This document shows positions 39,024-62,534 of a stretch of DNA of 64,000 bases, in pieces. The notes under the pieces are model-generated. The model saw only the letters and a program-made list of their open reading frames with translations. It made no database searches and was not told the DNA's origin. The first letter of the stretch is position 1, and every line of letters begins with the position of its first letter. The stretch lies in the NCBI GenBank assembly GCA_040954595.2, contig CM082580.2, forward strand, positions 12,414,909-12,478,908, given 5' to 3'. This DNA comes from Balanoglossus misakiensis. Lineage: Eukaryota; Animalia; Hemichordata. A program made the translations under genes and the position numbers.

Positions 39024-42000
39024 TTAAAGGACACTACACAGACAGAAATCACAGCTGCAACTCCAATCAGCACTGTGCAGTTCGTAAATAAGCTTATTTC
39101 AGAATAAGAAGAAATATAGTAAAACATAATTAAACATGAATAATATAATTTCAACTCACTGTGTGTTGATTTAAGGTTGATTTAATTAATTTTAATACCA
39201 ATTAGAACATTTTCAGCATTTCCATTCAGTATTACAACTGAGCAGCTGATTGCATGAGAAGATAGTCCATTGATAATCAAGTGGCTATGTTAATTCCCCA
39301 GTCATAAAATGATGATAGTCAAAGTACAATGGACACAGAAAGATGAGATTTCGCAAATGTCCTTTGTTCTGGCAGTGACATGCTGTGATATGACTTGAAT
39401 TCATAATATCAGTCGTTTGACATGCAACATCTGGGTCACTTGTCTGCAAATGTAACCTATTGTCATTGATGAATCGTGCATAGTTTGAATTTTCAGAAAA
39501 AGACTCACACACATACACGTGGTCCAGCTCTGGTACGATATATAGCTTGTCCATACTGGTTACTAGTGTTTTGAGATGACTTGAAGCCTAGACATGTTTA
39601 AAGCCAGCATAAAATCGTCTTATGCAAACCACACTGTTATTCCATCCTGGAGCTATTACCGTGACAACAGTATTTTGGTTCTTTACCGAATTAAAAAAAA
39701 ATGGTATTACAGTACTGTTTCCCATGGTCAGGAAATCCATTATTTTCCACGCACTGGGCCAGGCTGTATGAGATTTATTATTTGTCGTTTTTAATCTCCA
39801 TCATTGAACAGCATTATATCACAAGTGGTTGCCTGTGTAAAAACCAAAGAGCTTTACAATCTGAGCAGGCTGACTCAGAGCTGAAGTAAATTTGTTCAGT
39901 TGAGTAAATAGAGCTTGGAGTGATTTCCCAGCCAGAGTCAAAACATCAGGTTTTGTTCTAAAAGTAAGACAGAAGGCATTGGTTTGCAGGAAAATATGGA
40001 TCGTTTTCATATAAGACATAATCAGACAAGTGGGTGTGAGATCAAATGTAGAACTTAGAAGAGCACCCTGTATTAAAATTAATCATTTCAGACTGTTACA
40101 TGCTATTGCCTACAGCTTATGTATGTCTTTGATTGATACTGGAATACAGTAGTTACAAGCTTTGTTAAATTGATGGAAGTGTTGGACAGAAAATATTTGA
40201 AGCGGGGAATTTTAATGTACCCAGGGGAACACATGACGTAATTGTTCAAAAATGTACAGCCTTCAGTGGTGCTCATAACATGAGATAGTTATTGATGCCT
40301 GTCACTGCAGATGATGATCTGGACGTAAAAGATCACATGTCTTTATATATGTAAATTTATATTTTGGGATTATGCTCATCAATGAGCTATGGTGTGTTGA
40401 CTGGTCAAGTAACATGTAAGCATAATGTCTGAATGAAGGGAAACCAGACCTGCCTCAGTATTTATACTACCAGTGATAGTATTACTGAATAATGCAATGT
40501 AAGCTGATGCACAAAATCGCCCTCATAAGGTTTCCCAAAGTTCAACAGGTCTTCCAGTGTTACACACCACACAGAAGAGTCTTTTGATTCACACATGTGC
40601 GTGTTCTGAACAAACTTTGAAGATTCTTGGTCCCAGTGTGTACTTTATTGCATTGGTACACATGTAATCCTTTGAGACTGAGAGTACCCAGTAACTTTTA
40701 AGTGGTTTGTAGAAATGCTTAATTTCATCCCTGCAATCAGTGCAGGCTTTCATTCGTAATTGCCGGCTGTGGCTTCCCCAGGACCTGTGAGATTTCGGCA
40801 GATCTTTGTAGTCGAGTGGTTGAAGGGGTACCATTGTTCAGTTTGGGCTGTTAATATTGGCTGTGCTGTAATCATAAATATTAGAGTTTAATTAATACTG
40901 CTGGAGTGAGAAGCAGTTGTAACTTAGATGCTAAAGGGTGTGCAGATCGTTGTAGTATATCAGTCAAGAATACCAACCAATAACTACATACTCACCCCAT
41001 GTATTCTATGTTTGTGTAACAACAATCCCATGGCAGAATTTTCTGTTGCTATAGAGAACAAAACAGTGTCTCCTTATGATAGCCCATTCTGGTGGCTGGT
41101 AATTCATTACTTCACAAATATTTTAATGTTAATGTGCCTGGATATTGATCAGAATGGTAATTACGACTGGTGTGAAAGCAACTCCCACCAATGCCCATTA
41201 AGCAGTTTTCATTTGATTAATCTTACTCTTAGCATTGTTCGATATCACAGTCTGAACATCCAGTTCAATTTGGGATGTATAATATGTCAGAAAAAAGCAC
41301 AATTGTCCACAAATAGATCATTTTATCCAGAATTTTTTTTACTGTAAATCCTACATGTAGGTACACCTAGGTACTTTCAATTTATAGATTACACACTGTT
41401 AGATACATGCCCATGTAAATAAAGTTGACATAAGGATCATAAATAATGCTGATAGTGGTGATAAACTGTTCCCCCTTTTACCCTCTCTGTGGTGAACTAT
41501 TGGTGTAACTGATTGCCCCATGATGTTTGACGTGTTGTTGTGAGAATGATGATAAGATATGGGCAATTAGCAACAACCTATCAAGCAACCCAATATAATA
41601 GACACTGTGGCTGTAATGGCTTCCGCCTGCTGTCACTATCAATGGCAAATTTTGACTTGTTCTGTGGTGACTTAGACCATGAATGTACCTAATTGTTGTA
41701 TGTCATGAACGTTTAAATAATGGTGATGCATACAAATCGAGGACCAATTGCATTGATGTCTACATTTCTTACTGATGGCCATTTTGCTGTTCATTGCCCC
41801 GCGCTCTATGGAATACATGTAGACACACAATGCGACTACACGCACCCCTCCGAGACAGTTTATCACAAAAGTGAGGTCACTGATTGCGACCAGACCATTG
41901 TCTGATCCATCGCACCCATTGCTAAGTAAGGTCGCGTTTGCAACCCTGTGAACGGGTACCGCCGACGCCCTTTGTGTTGTTGCCATCCCAGGCAATGAAA

Positions 42001-43461
42001 AGATGTAAGTAACGACAGTACTTAGCCAGTCTTTGCCATGAAATATAGGCATCAGCATTGCACTGTGAGCGCATAGATAGCCGGCCAAGCGTAGAGCAAG
42101 TCACCCACCAATGTTGGAGGTATGAGGAATTTTCCAATTTTCTTTGGGGGCCCGTTGCATCCAGTGATGCTCATGCTGTCGCATCCGTAATTAATATTTT
42201 ACTGTCATATCTAATATCAGTCAGTTTTTAATAACAGTACATGACTGGCATTCTTTGAGGCATTTAGTTCTAATTTAGCACGGAGTGAGGTCACACAGTC
42301 TCTTGGTCATTTCTCATGGCATCAAGGATGCCACACCTATGTCTTTCTGCATCATGTAAGCTAGTTATTTAACATTGTAACCATGGAGATGTTGAACGAG
42401 GATACTGAGCATATGGGATGATGCATAAGTTATCATAATGAGAAATCCCGATGAGAATGACTCCAGGGCGATTTGGACTCGTGTATTATTTCTAAAAAAG
42501 CAACAACAAATTTCTTGGCGATGATAGAACTAAATTGTGGGTTTATCTTGAAGATATATCATTCTGCTTCATTCTTTGTGTTATAAATACTTACAATTTC
42601 TTCGGGTTAAGATATTAAACACCTGCCTTGTCTAATAATGTAAAGATCACATAGAAAATGGATAATAATCGGAGAGAAAACAAGAAACAAAACAGACATT
42701 GGTGAAGGGCACATTATTTCCATTACTACATGTATATATATATCTCTGTGTTTGTCTTTCTTTGTCATTGTCTAGTCAGAATTATTCCACGTAACCACAT
42801 GATAGATACACGATAGACTGGACATGTTGAGACAGTAAATGTAAATGTTTTTTGTGTGAATTGCTGTGCAAACTGGTCAGTCTGATGTATCTATCTGTGG
42901 TCATTCGATCATCTTGAACCCTAACTTGTATCACTACTTTTCCCTACTGACAACCCTCATATTAATTTCTCATTAAACCTTATTAACAGTAATGCAGGAA
43001 TGCATTGCCTTTCTGTGACATTGAAGTTCTTGTGCCAGATATGTCTGTAATGTCAATAATCCTGCAGTTCAAATGTCAAACAAACCCTACTCATATTGAG
43101 AAAAAAATGCAAGGAGTCCAACAGCATGTAGTTTACTAGTATAACATTCAGTGTCATTTTCTAGACAATTTGTGTTAGTAGAGTTTTCCTTGAAGAAAAC
43201 TAAAAGATGCAGTTGTTTTTTACCCCCCTGACTGACTGAACCCCTTTTGTGAAAACAGGTCTAAGGTTTTTTGGGGTTGATGTCATCATAGAGCTCTACA
43301 CAGTCACAACACCACTTCACTTTATAAAAATCAGAGACCGATCGAGGGCTGTGCTTAAGTGAGTTTACACCCAATCCTGCACAACACCAGTCGGAACGAA
43401 CTTAAACTACTAATTTGTAAGTTTGTGCTTGGTGTGTAGAACACAACTGTCAAGTGTTAGA

Positions 43462-43512
43462 ATGGAGCACGAAAAAGAGAAACGGTCACTGAAGCAAGTG
43501 CCCCATCTGAAG
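43462..43512 (+). CDS. Candidate short alternative first exon of DPYS/CRMP (17 aa)
   Basis: MEHEKEKRSLKQVPHLK|gtactg, phase 0. The basic K-x-V/I-P peptide resembles short CRMP N-termini. Confidence 0.65.
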
Positions 43513-44907
43513 GTACTGTATGTTAGTTCATTGTGCATAGTTAGACATTGCAGCTATCTTACCTGCTTTCTTTCACCTGTAGTCGGTAGCAGTAGCCCTT
43601 TTGTAGCTTTCTAGTTGCTTTAGTAGCTTTAATTCCATCATTGCCTTCTTTGGTTGTATTGTATACTAGTAAAGTACATACAAACCTACCTACCAAGCCC
43701 CCTGCCCTCCCATATACTTGCATATATAGCAAATACACAATACAAACATTTCTCAATATCTACATGCATGCATTTACATACACATGCAAAAGGTGTGTGC
43801 ATGCATGCGTACATACAATAACATACATACATACACATGAACATATGTGTATGTGTACATGTATACACAGTGACACACACCCACTCACTCACAGTCACAT
43901 CCTCATGTACTACAATGTACCCAGGTTAATATGTGACGTTTACAACCCAATATCTATACCTGCAGCATCCCTAGTTATTGTCAAGTGGTTCTACTTCTAT
44001 GCAGACATCCTTTTGGGGAATATTTATTTCACATTATCCCTGGTGTCTGGGTGTCTCTCATAGCATGATGTCTGTCTTGACCTTTTATGCATATATGCTC
44101 TTGATGCTTTCAAAAAAGCTTCTAGATGGGCACTTGCACTGCGAACTTGGTGATGTCTATTCAAAACACCACATAAGATAAGCTCTTTTGGCACCAAGAA
44201 CGGGTGAACGAGGGTCTCTGTACGCTCCACGGAAAACTCGAAGTCTGATGGAAAGTCCCTGGAAATATGCCCTTGAATGACTTCGGGTGAAGATGCCATA
44301 GGCACAATCTGCACCATGTTTGGTTTTGTGGGTGTATTTATAATTAGCTCGCTCTCGGATTGGGGATATTACAAAGGGACTTCTTTGCCAAGTCTCAATC
44401 ATCAGGGTAACTTTAATAACAGATGAATCTTCTGCAGCTTACAAATGCACAGGGGTTGCATTTTCACTTGCCTTCCCCAAGGTTACTCCACACAGAATGC
44501 CAAAATGCACACCTTGTGGCAATAACACAATTTTAAAAAGCAAAAACCACTGATAATAAAAGTGATGTAGCTGCAAAGCTCTCAACGTAAGATTCTCTTG
44601 GTTGCACTATTTGTGAAAGACAACATGTGTTCATTTTGAATAGTGGGTGACTATGAGGCAGGCCCTCTTGAGATATGTTGTGAGATTTTTTTGTTTGTAT
44701 TCTAGAACATTTGTAATACATGTACATTTTTACCTGTTGGTGAATTAAATACTGTTACCTGGAACCCGTGAAAGCAACCATCTAGCCAATCACTGCTTTT
44801 CACTATATGGCGGAACTATAGAAATACTTTTCTGATACATACATGTAGAATTGACAAAGAGAGAAATGCAATCTTCTCATATGCCTGGTTGTTTCTTCTG
44901 ATTCCAG

Positions 44908-50891
<5,984 letters not shown>

Positions 50892-53800
50892 TGTCATTCA
50901 ACATTGTCTATTTAGAACCTATCGCAGCCAAAGATCCATGTAGTCAGCGCTACAGTAGTAATATTTTTAGATGTCTGAGGAAAAAAAACGAAGAAAAAAA
51001 AATGGGAAAACAGAAAAAAATGCTTGAATCTGTTCTGTGTGTATAAATGGTTTGGTATAAAATTTTACCATGCGTATGTAGGGGTGCGTCCAGTGTCGTG
51101 TCTGTGAGTAATGTAGTGTTGTAGTGTAGGTTATATATTTCGGGTAAGTGCATGGAACTCTACCCGTTAAAACAGTGCGACGGCAATCAGCCAGTTGATG
51201 CAAGTCCAATTCGCAGCATTGCAGTGCTCAAAAGTGTGAGATTTATATGGATAAAAAAATAGCCGCTACTTCCCAGATTTTGGTGTCAGTTCTTTGCACG
51301 TATCTGTCATTCTGTGAACGGCAATCCACAAGTGAAATCAATCCTAGAGAGTCTATTTGCGTAATTTGGTAGTCAGAGATCTAGCACTGGTTGGACTGAA
51401 TCTGTTTTGGGTTATGAGGTAATACTTTAGATCATAGCATCCTGACACCATTCTGAGCCCTGTATAATCATAATTTCTGGGGGGAATGGAGAAATTGTCT
51501 TCTATTTTGTGTAGAGTGCACAGATGGAATTTGTGTTCAGTAAAGTATTGTACCATTGCAGAAAGCAAGACAGACAGACAGACAAGATGATCAGTAAGCA
51601 TGATTGATATGTGAGTTGGGCGGTCAAAGGGTGTGTGTGCATAGTTGCATAGCAGTAGTCATTTTTGCAAGTACGGAGTTAGTTGTGTGTGTGAAGACAA
51701 AAACAAGCACATCACAACTCTTAGTGTTTACAAGACAAGCAAGAAAAAATCGTCACAGTTATATATCGTGCACCTAGATATGTCTACATAGCTGTTGAGG
51801 ATGTCCGTGCACAGACGACTCTTGTCCATAAAAATGCCAATTTTTGTGGTCAGATCCCAGTCAGGGTTTCACTAAAAACAGCACAGTGAATTTGGTAGAT
51901 GTACATCCTTAACATATTGTCTTGTTATTCCAACTTAGATGTAAAATATAAAAAACCAATGCAGTTTTGTGTTAGATATTTTTGTTATTACATCCATCCT
52001 CAGATGACCGGATCAAGGCTTGTTTTTGTTATATTTAATATTTTACAATGGGTACAAGTCCCAAAGTTGAAACTATGCCAAGTTGAATTTATTTTTACTA
52101 CTGAAATACCTGACAGAGATAGCTTCCTTGTCCCCTACTCAGAAAACTTCAGGACAGTGGATTATTTTATTTCTACCAAGGTTCTTACCAACTTTTGCAT
52201 TTGTTATACTGTTGAGTTTGTGTGTGAATGCAACAGAGTCACTTATTGTCCTTTTTTCGCCCTGTGTTAAAAAACATGTCTGTGATTTTTGTGTGAGCAA
52301 AGTGCGTTTGTCAGGAAATAAGATGGTCTATACTTAGTCACGCAATCCTTCAACCCTTATGCCCATGTCACATCGAACAAAATTGTCACTTATAGCTTTC
52401 TTATAATGGGCTTATGTTACTCAACTGTAACCCTATCTGGCCACAGGGGTTTAGGACAGAGAGGGTTAATAACCTCACTTGAATATGTCATCTTATTCAT
52501 GGTTTGACCACATCAGATCAATTTTTGAAAGCAGGGTTTTTCAAACTGACTTATTGTAGACCATTTTGTTCATAATGTCATGTGATAATCTTGTCACGTC
52601 ATATCTAGTGATTATTCGAGTGCCTTGTTTTCAGACACTGAAAGTTGTCACATTTTAAAAATCCTGCATCCACAGTAATAATGCAACCCGGCAGCAGTTG
52701 GAATTGTTTACTAAGAAAAAAACACGCAGTAGTAATTATCCCATGATGTTTCTAAAACCCCAAATCTTGACTTGTGTATGATCCAGTGTTCCCTGATGAA
52801 CATGTCACAGATATTGTAAAATTTTAAAATCGTGTCATTACAAAATGTGATCAAATAACAAATCATGCAATGTTAAAATCTTCCATTGTCTTTTCACTTT
52901 TATTGAGAAACAACCCCCTCTCGAGTCTTCATATCTCATCTCTTGCCTTACTGTGATTGGCCAGTTGTACAATTTTATACAAAGGTCAAAGTTCATGTAT
53001 TGACGTGTAGTGTATGTAGCGATACGTGTGATTTGTGATTCTTATACTTGAAGAAAAACATCCTGAAGCTTGAAAACGCAATTGAAATAAACGTTTACGC
53101 TGAAAATGTGATCTGTATGTTCGTCTTTGTTAATATAGCAGTGCAACTTGTACAACGGCCCCATTTCCCCCATGAAAATCAATGTTTTCACGTTTGATGG
53201 CGCTCGTCATAAGTCTCTCAAAAGTAGTCCCAGACCAGCCAACCAGCAAAATACCCGGTCCACTGGTAGTCATGAGACTTTGCTTCGTGATTTCCAAGAA
53301 ACGTGTTACTTCAACGGTTAAAACGTCAACACACAAGACGGTCATTACACTACTCATTGCCACATGATTTCTTTCTTTTTTTTCAAAAGGACACCTCACT
53401 AACTAAAGTATCAATGAATTGAAAGGTTTGGAGGACTATCATTTTCTGAAAATCTTGTACGTGTGCTTGCTTCGATAATTTGAAGTTGTTTACACAATGG
53501 GTATCGCGCGAAAGAAGATAGCATGACGACATGAGTGTGAAAGTACGAGCGAACTATTGAACGTGTTTGCCTTCGTGTTTATGGCAACAGTATACACTCA
53601 CCTCAATTGTGATTCTTCGCCACGAGCGATGAAGCACGCCACAGTTTTAGTAGCTATAAAATGTCGTATGTGTTTCATCTCTTTCTTAGAACATCCGACT
53701 CTCGCAGAAAGAACATACTTAGTAATTCACCAAACGCGTTTTGTAAACCCCAAAGCGAGTCTCATCCCGAATTTTTCTTCCAAATTTTTCTCAACAGGTA

Positions 53801-54269
53801 GGTAATTACTAAACTTGGCAATCTTGTGCCCCTTTAAGCTCCTGGGATTTTGTGTGAGAAGTAATCAGTAACTGTTGGGGAAAACACTTTGTCGCTATGC
53901 CAACAAATATCGGTGACGTATAAAACCATGGAAACACATTAAAATGACCCCGCGGTAAAAAGAAGGGGGCCAGCATTCAGTGATTTAATTCTCTGGAGAA
54001 CTTTGCCACGTCGCGAAGAAAGACGTGTACGGGCATGAGACTTTGAATGTTATGAGATGCGTAGACACGGAGATGGAGCAAAGTAGTAAACATGTTGATG
54101 TTATTGCCGTATTTGAGGCATTGCTTCGTGACGCCTGTTAATTGTGCCACTAAGGTTTCAGTGATCACAGACATGTTTAAAGAACAGTCACCTCTTCTCA
54201 GCCGTGTTTAAGGACGGTCTACGTTTTCAGCTACATGTACCAACAATTTCATCTATCCACTTTTCTGCC

Positions 54270-54270
<1 letters not shown>

Positions 54271-54317
<47 letters not shown>

Positions 54318-54331
54318 GGATGAGGATGATG

Positions 54332-54393
<62 letters not shown>
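54271..54393. repeat. (GAT)n microsatellite with GAG interruptions
   Basis: Read directly; it explains the spurious poly-Met ORF. Confidence 0.97.
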
Positions 54394-54395
<2 letters not shown>

Positions 54396-56650
54396 ATTGG
54401 TTAAGTTATGATCAGAAATTGATGCAGATTATAATAACCACGAGAGTACAAAATGGGAGTGAAATTCATAGTCCATTGCTGACGTCAAAGAGAGGTTGGC
54501 CACCTGATTTATGGGACCTCTGGCTTCCACATACATGATTGCCAGCAATAGCAAACACTTATAGTTTGATTGATGTTCACACATTAGAAATACATTATGT
54601 TGTAGGATTATTTGACAATAAAAACTGGCACCTTTTACCATGCCATGTGCAAAGTAACAAATACGCCACGATTCCGCTCAGCGCTGGAGTCTTTCATCAA
54701 CGTTGACCAATCTCATTTTAACTCGTGTGCTGCGTATCTCACATTCGAAGATTTACGAACTATCTCTCTCTATCTTTCGAGTCATCCCCTGTCAACGTTC
54801 AATCGTGACGTGCGCCGAAGTATCTCCTGCGAGATTTATATTCGCCGCTCAGTAAGAGGATATCCCGCCAAGTGATCGATGTCCATTACTTTCACAACAT
54901 GCCAAATATGTCAGAGTTTGCAGGGGGGAAAAATCATTAACGCATATCACCCGCGGGTTTACCTCATGATGTTTTTCATTATTTCAAATTCGGATATCAC
55001 TCGAATACGACGCGACACTTAGTGTAATAACCCCGAAAAACTGTCCCTTTATCATGGACTAAAGCGATATCAACAATAAAAAACCGACTTTGAAAAATCG
55101 TGTTAACAGAGAATGTGTGGCAACAAACTTTGTTAGAATTATAATGACACGGTTATAAAATTCATAGAATGGTCGTTCAACTAACATATATCTCTTCAGT
55201 GTAAACATTATTTGACAAAAAATGCGATGAAGAAGACAAACGGAAATTGTGAAAGGATAACGGTTTCATGATCTGAGCAGCATAATTTCATTTTAATAGC
55301 AAATTCTATTTAAAAAAACGACATTTCTGTTTGAACATTGCCTGTGAATTAAATGTAAGTAAATATCGTTTTCTACTGAGCTAATGCTATAAATCACCCA
55401 GGAAGCATCGTTAACTTCAAATTCCGTTCCATATATACTGAATTCCAAATTATCAATCTCCCATTAATTACATACGTCATAAAAATGTATCTTCATAAGC
55501 GTTTAATGTTTAGGAGATACATTTTCCGTTTCGGACATGTTCTCGAGTATCGAAACGAAACAGCAGTTGATAAAGAGCCAAAATAAAGAGCAGTATAACG
55601 GATGAACTGTAAAAATGTCAGTTTTGCCACGGATAATTCTGTGCTCAGTCTCTTTCAACACAATTGTGTTTGGGTTCCAGCCGAGGTCGACACACAGCAC
55701 ACCGAGAAAGAACGTCCCAAATGGTGTGACCTTAAAGTGACAGAACAAGTTGGCTTGTAAATTGAAGTGTTAAAAAACACACATTTGTATGCGCTTGCTG
55801 AGAGCGATGGTATACTAATGGACAAATTAGGCGTGTCCCCTGCGTGTGTGTGTGCACGATGCCATGTGTCATCTCCAATCGATTAATCCAATTCTTTCAA
55901 GGGCAGCACGAATGTACGACTCTTCGGCGAAAATTAATGCGTTGCTGTTTTTCTCTGTGCCCCTCGGTCCCTGATGTAATTTATACAGTCTGTTCAGACA
56001 AACCGCCAAGCGTCCGGGTGACAGAGTTTTAATAGCTCGCGGGGACTGACTAATGAGTTTCGCTAAAGTGAAATAGCGATATCTTTCTCCGAGTTTCAGC
56101 CATTCTTGAACACACTTAGAATAACACTTGAATGTACGAGGCGCTATAAAACTTTCCAAATAATATGCCATATACCGGCAAACGTTTAACCGCACAAATC
56201 CCTTTGCGACGATTCTGCAGTCACCAAATTCAAATGTTGTACACAACAGCTGAGATCTAACGTTATTCATGAAATCCTCAGAAATCTTCATATGTGAATA
56301 AAAAGAAAATGACAGAAACCATGCCTAGATAAACCTGGCGTCGAGATCAACCAGTACAATAAGTAAGCGCATCGTGTTACACCTTAAAATGTAAATCACA
56401 AATCTCTAGTTGAATCTAGAGAGTTTATAGAGTGCGTCCGCACCATGTTACTTGTCATCGACCACAACATGTGCAGCTGAGATCAAAGAACGGATTCTAT
56501 ACGTACACACATCACCATGGCTGCTGCCACTTCTAACAGTTAGACCTCACTCGAATTACATTCCATTATTTCATCTGTAAAACACAGTAGTTCAATCAGT
56601 TTAATTCCAGGGTCTAGCCAGAATAAAATTTTGACGTTTACAGGCTGCTG

Positions 56651-57214
56651 TCAGTTAATAATTGCTATGTTCCTGGACGCATTTCCTTTCTCTTCCATGG
56701 CCTCATCGTACCCGGTTCTCAGACAGACCTTGATGTAGAAAAAGAGGAGTTTCCAAGCCTCTTCGACTTCGGTGGTGAATCTATGTCCCAGCTCCTCTCG
56801 CCAGACGAACAGCATGGCCTCCTCGAAGGCGTCGAAGTACTCGATGGAGAATCCCTTGAATCGAACATGCGTTTTCGCCAGTTTGATCAGCAATGGTCTC
56901 AGGGAATTGTCCAGATCGACCAGGTTGTCCACAGCGGCGCCAACGCTCTGCATGAACCTCGACGAGTGCATCCGAAAGTGTGGGTTGGAGTATAGGTTAT
57001 CCTTTCCCTGTACGTCCCTGGTCGGGAACAGGAATTTGATTTGCGGGTGCTTCTCGAAGATGCGAAGGAATATCTTCTTGCCGTTTTCGGTCATATCGTT
57101 GGCGAGGTATCGCCATGTTCTGCGCACGATGCGTCTCTGGTGATGGTTGAGGAGATGGTTATCTGAGGAGGGGTCAAGAAATTCCTTATCTCTGGTGGAC
57201 GGAGTGCATCCCAT
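56651..57214 (-). CDS. Single-coding-exon globin with an N-terminal acylation motif (globin X-like)
   Basis: MGCTPS (Gly2 myristoylation, Cys3 palmitoylation pattern), A12 Trp (VRRTW), CD1 Phe (HPQIKFLF), distal E7 His (FRMHSSRFM), proximal F8 His (LAKTH), H-helix FTTEVEEAWKLLF. Confidence 0.93.
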   Translation of the reverse strand: MGCTPSTRDKEFLDPSSDNHLLNHHQRRIVRRTWRYLANDMTENGKKIFLRIFEKHPQIKFLFPTRDVQGKDNLYSNPHFRMHSSRFMQSVGAAVDNLVDLDNSLRPLLIKLAKTHVRFKGFSIEYFDAFEEAMLFVWREELGHRFTTEVEEAWKLLFFYIKVCLRTGYDEAMEEKGNASRNIAIIN

Positions 57215-57445
57215 CGTATTTTCAACGCCAAAAAAGCCGGTAACCAGAGCGTGATAACAGTCTTGTCTCTGTCGAACGTGATTAGCGAAGTCTTCCTTGT
57301 TTTCCTGTTACAGTACCTCCGCCTCGTTCAGTTTGGTAGTGCAAAAGCTGACCGATGCGGTTTCATAGCAAACACCGAAATGGAATAGCTTCAATGGATT
57401 TCATCCTGAATTACGAATCGACGCCGGGAGCAACAGTGGGAGGCA

Positions 57446-57629
57446 GTTGCCATGGAGATAGCTGGTATATGCTGATCTCGAGTAACTGATGACGTGCCGC
57501 ACACAAGCAGACGTACAGCATTCCTGTCGTTTTGTCGTGGATAACCTCTCATAAGTACAGCAATAACGCTTTCTCACTTTAGGAGCTCTCGGCAGAACAG
57601 CTAATTCATGACCTTGTTTCTATGGCAAC
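57446..57629. promoter_or_regulatory. Two RFX X-box motifs upstream of the globin
   Basis: GTTGCCATGGAGAT (57446-57459) and GTTTCTATGGCAAC (57616-57629) both fit the 14-bp X-box consensus. Confidence 0.6.
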
Positions 57630-58755
57630 GGGTTAATTCCACCAAGACATCGATTGGTCGCGAGCGAACAGCAACGCGTTCGCAAACGTCAGCGGTCGAC
57701 CGTCTCTCCCATTCCATTCAAGCATCGATTTTAGGGGAACTTGTTTTCTAAAGAATCGTTCGACAGGGAATGGTTTCGTGACAAAGTGGACCATTTCATC
57801 ATTCTGCGGGATACGCTTTTAATACGCTGCTTAATCTTGGTAAATCTCTCGGTAGCCCCCAATGACTCTTACCCGAGGCGTTTGCCAGAAAGTATACTAT
57901 ATGTACATAATTAAACCTGTTGTCTACCCCAAAAGCCGCAAAATGCAGTTGGCCCTGTGATGTGATCCATGTAAAGTGAATTCCTGTCCAAAGTAAACGG
58001 CCCATAATCAACAGATTGGCCTTAAAAATTACGCGCTTTTACTAGTAAAACAAATACACCAACCACAACTACAGACAGTCGCGACACGGTTTTTTATATC
58101 TATCACCTAACCAAATTAAACCCATGGGAAGATGACTGGAATGTCCAAATATACCTATAAATCATATAGAGTATAATAAATAATACATTACAAGTTTATT
58201 TACCAGTTAACGGTATTTGATTCTCTGGGCTCGTTCGCCGCATGCGAGGACATGCGCAGTCTGACACTAATACTACTTCGGCGAATCAACGTTAAGTAAT
58301 GAAAGTCGTGCCTTCGCTTCGCTTCGATAAGAACATGACTATCCATCCTCTGAGATTTCGTCTGCAATTAAAGACAGACCCACGAGACGACCAAGACCCA
58401 GAATATACATATGCAGCACATATGCAGCTATTAATTCTGACACATTCAGTAGTTAGAGAACATGACACCGGTTGCTAATATGTAGCATTGATATACATCC
58501 AAGATACAGCACAATTGATCTCTGGGTAAAGTACGCACAACTCTTTATCTGTGTCCCCTCCCACATTAGACAATTTTGTAAAATATTAAGGGCTCGAAAC
58601 TGCATTTTTGTGGGCTCAAAAGCAAAAATTGGGGGGGGGGGGGGGCAAAAGTGTGTGACACCCATAAACGTTTCGAAAAAAAGATGACCCCCCTTTTGGA
58701 TTTTGCCCCCCCCCCCCCCCGCCGTAAAAAAAAACTGAACGGTCCCTAACATAAG

Positions 58756-58864
58756 TAGTCTCGGTTACCCAGACGCCTTTGCTTCTTCCGATGCTCTCCA
58801 GAAAAAGGAGAGCATCGGAAGAGCAAAGGCGTCTGGGTAACCGAGACTAGGGTAACCGAGACTA
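58756..58864. mobile_element. 109-bp palindromic insertion with TAG...CTA ends and a 9-bp TSD
   Basis: tagtctcggttacccagacgcctttgc...gcaaaggcgtctgggtaaccgagacta hairpin, followed by a second copy of the last 15 bp. TAACATAAG at 58747-58755 and 58865-58873. Confidence 0.85.
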
Positions 58865-59027
58865 TAACATAAGCGTTTGTCGCTGACCTTTGACCGATCA
58901 CTCAGGTTACGCACCCATATAACCCTTGCCCTTTGTGATAACAACTAATATGGGTCAGTCGGGGCAGAAGTAACGTATCTAAACCACAACGTTGATTTTT
59001 ATTGAAATCTGAGCAGCTGGTGTGAGT

Positions 59028-62215
<3,188 letters not shown>

Positions 62216-62534
62216 ATTACAATGTCAGGAAAGGGAGAGAAACACTGAACATAATTTGAGAGATGTGTGTTTCTCCTGGAGGGCTCGTGACAAAAAAACA
62301 TGGTCCACAAACAGTACTGCTTGTTTTATGAAAAGAGTTGTGTGAATTGTATGTTGACATTTAACAAAACCATTAAAGATAACAAAATCTAATTCCTCAA
62401 ACATGTGTGATAATCTGTCTCTTTCATAGTGCTGGTATGCAGCCATGATAAACTTTGGAGATGACCTGTGACCTACTTTGACATAGCCAATGTGAACACA
62501 GGCCTATATTATTATGTGGACCTAAATTATGATT

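Noticed and set aside
41672-44410. Other ORFs in the DPYS 5' introns as further first exons (41720-41905, about 44315-44406)
   Set aside because: They stop before a donor, or end in phase 1, which does not fit the phase-0 acceptor at 44908.
54272-54538. Poly-Met ORF
   Set aside because: Translation of the (GAT)n microsatellite.
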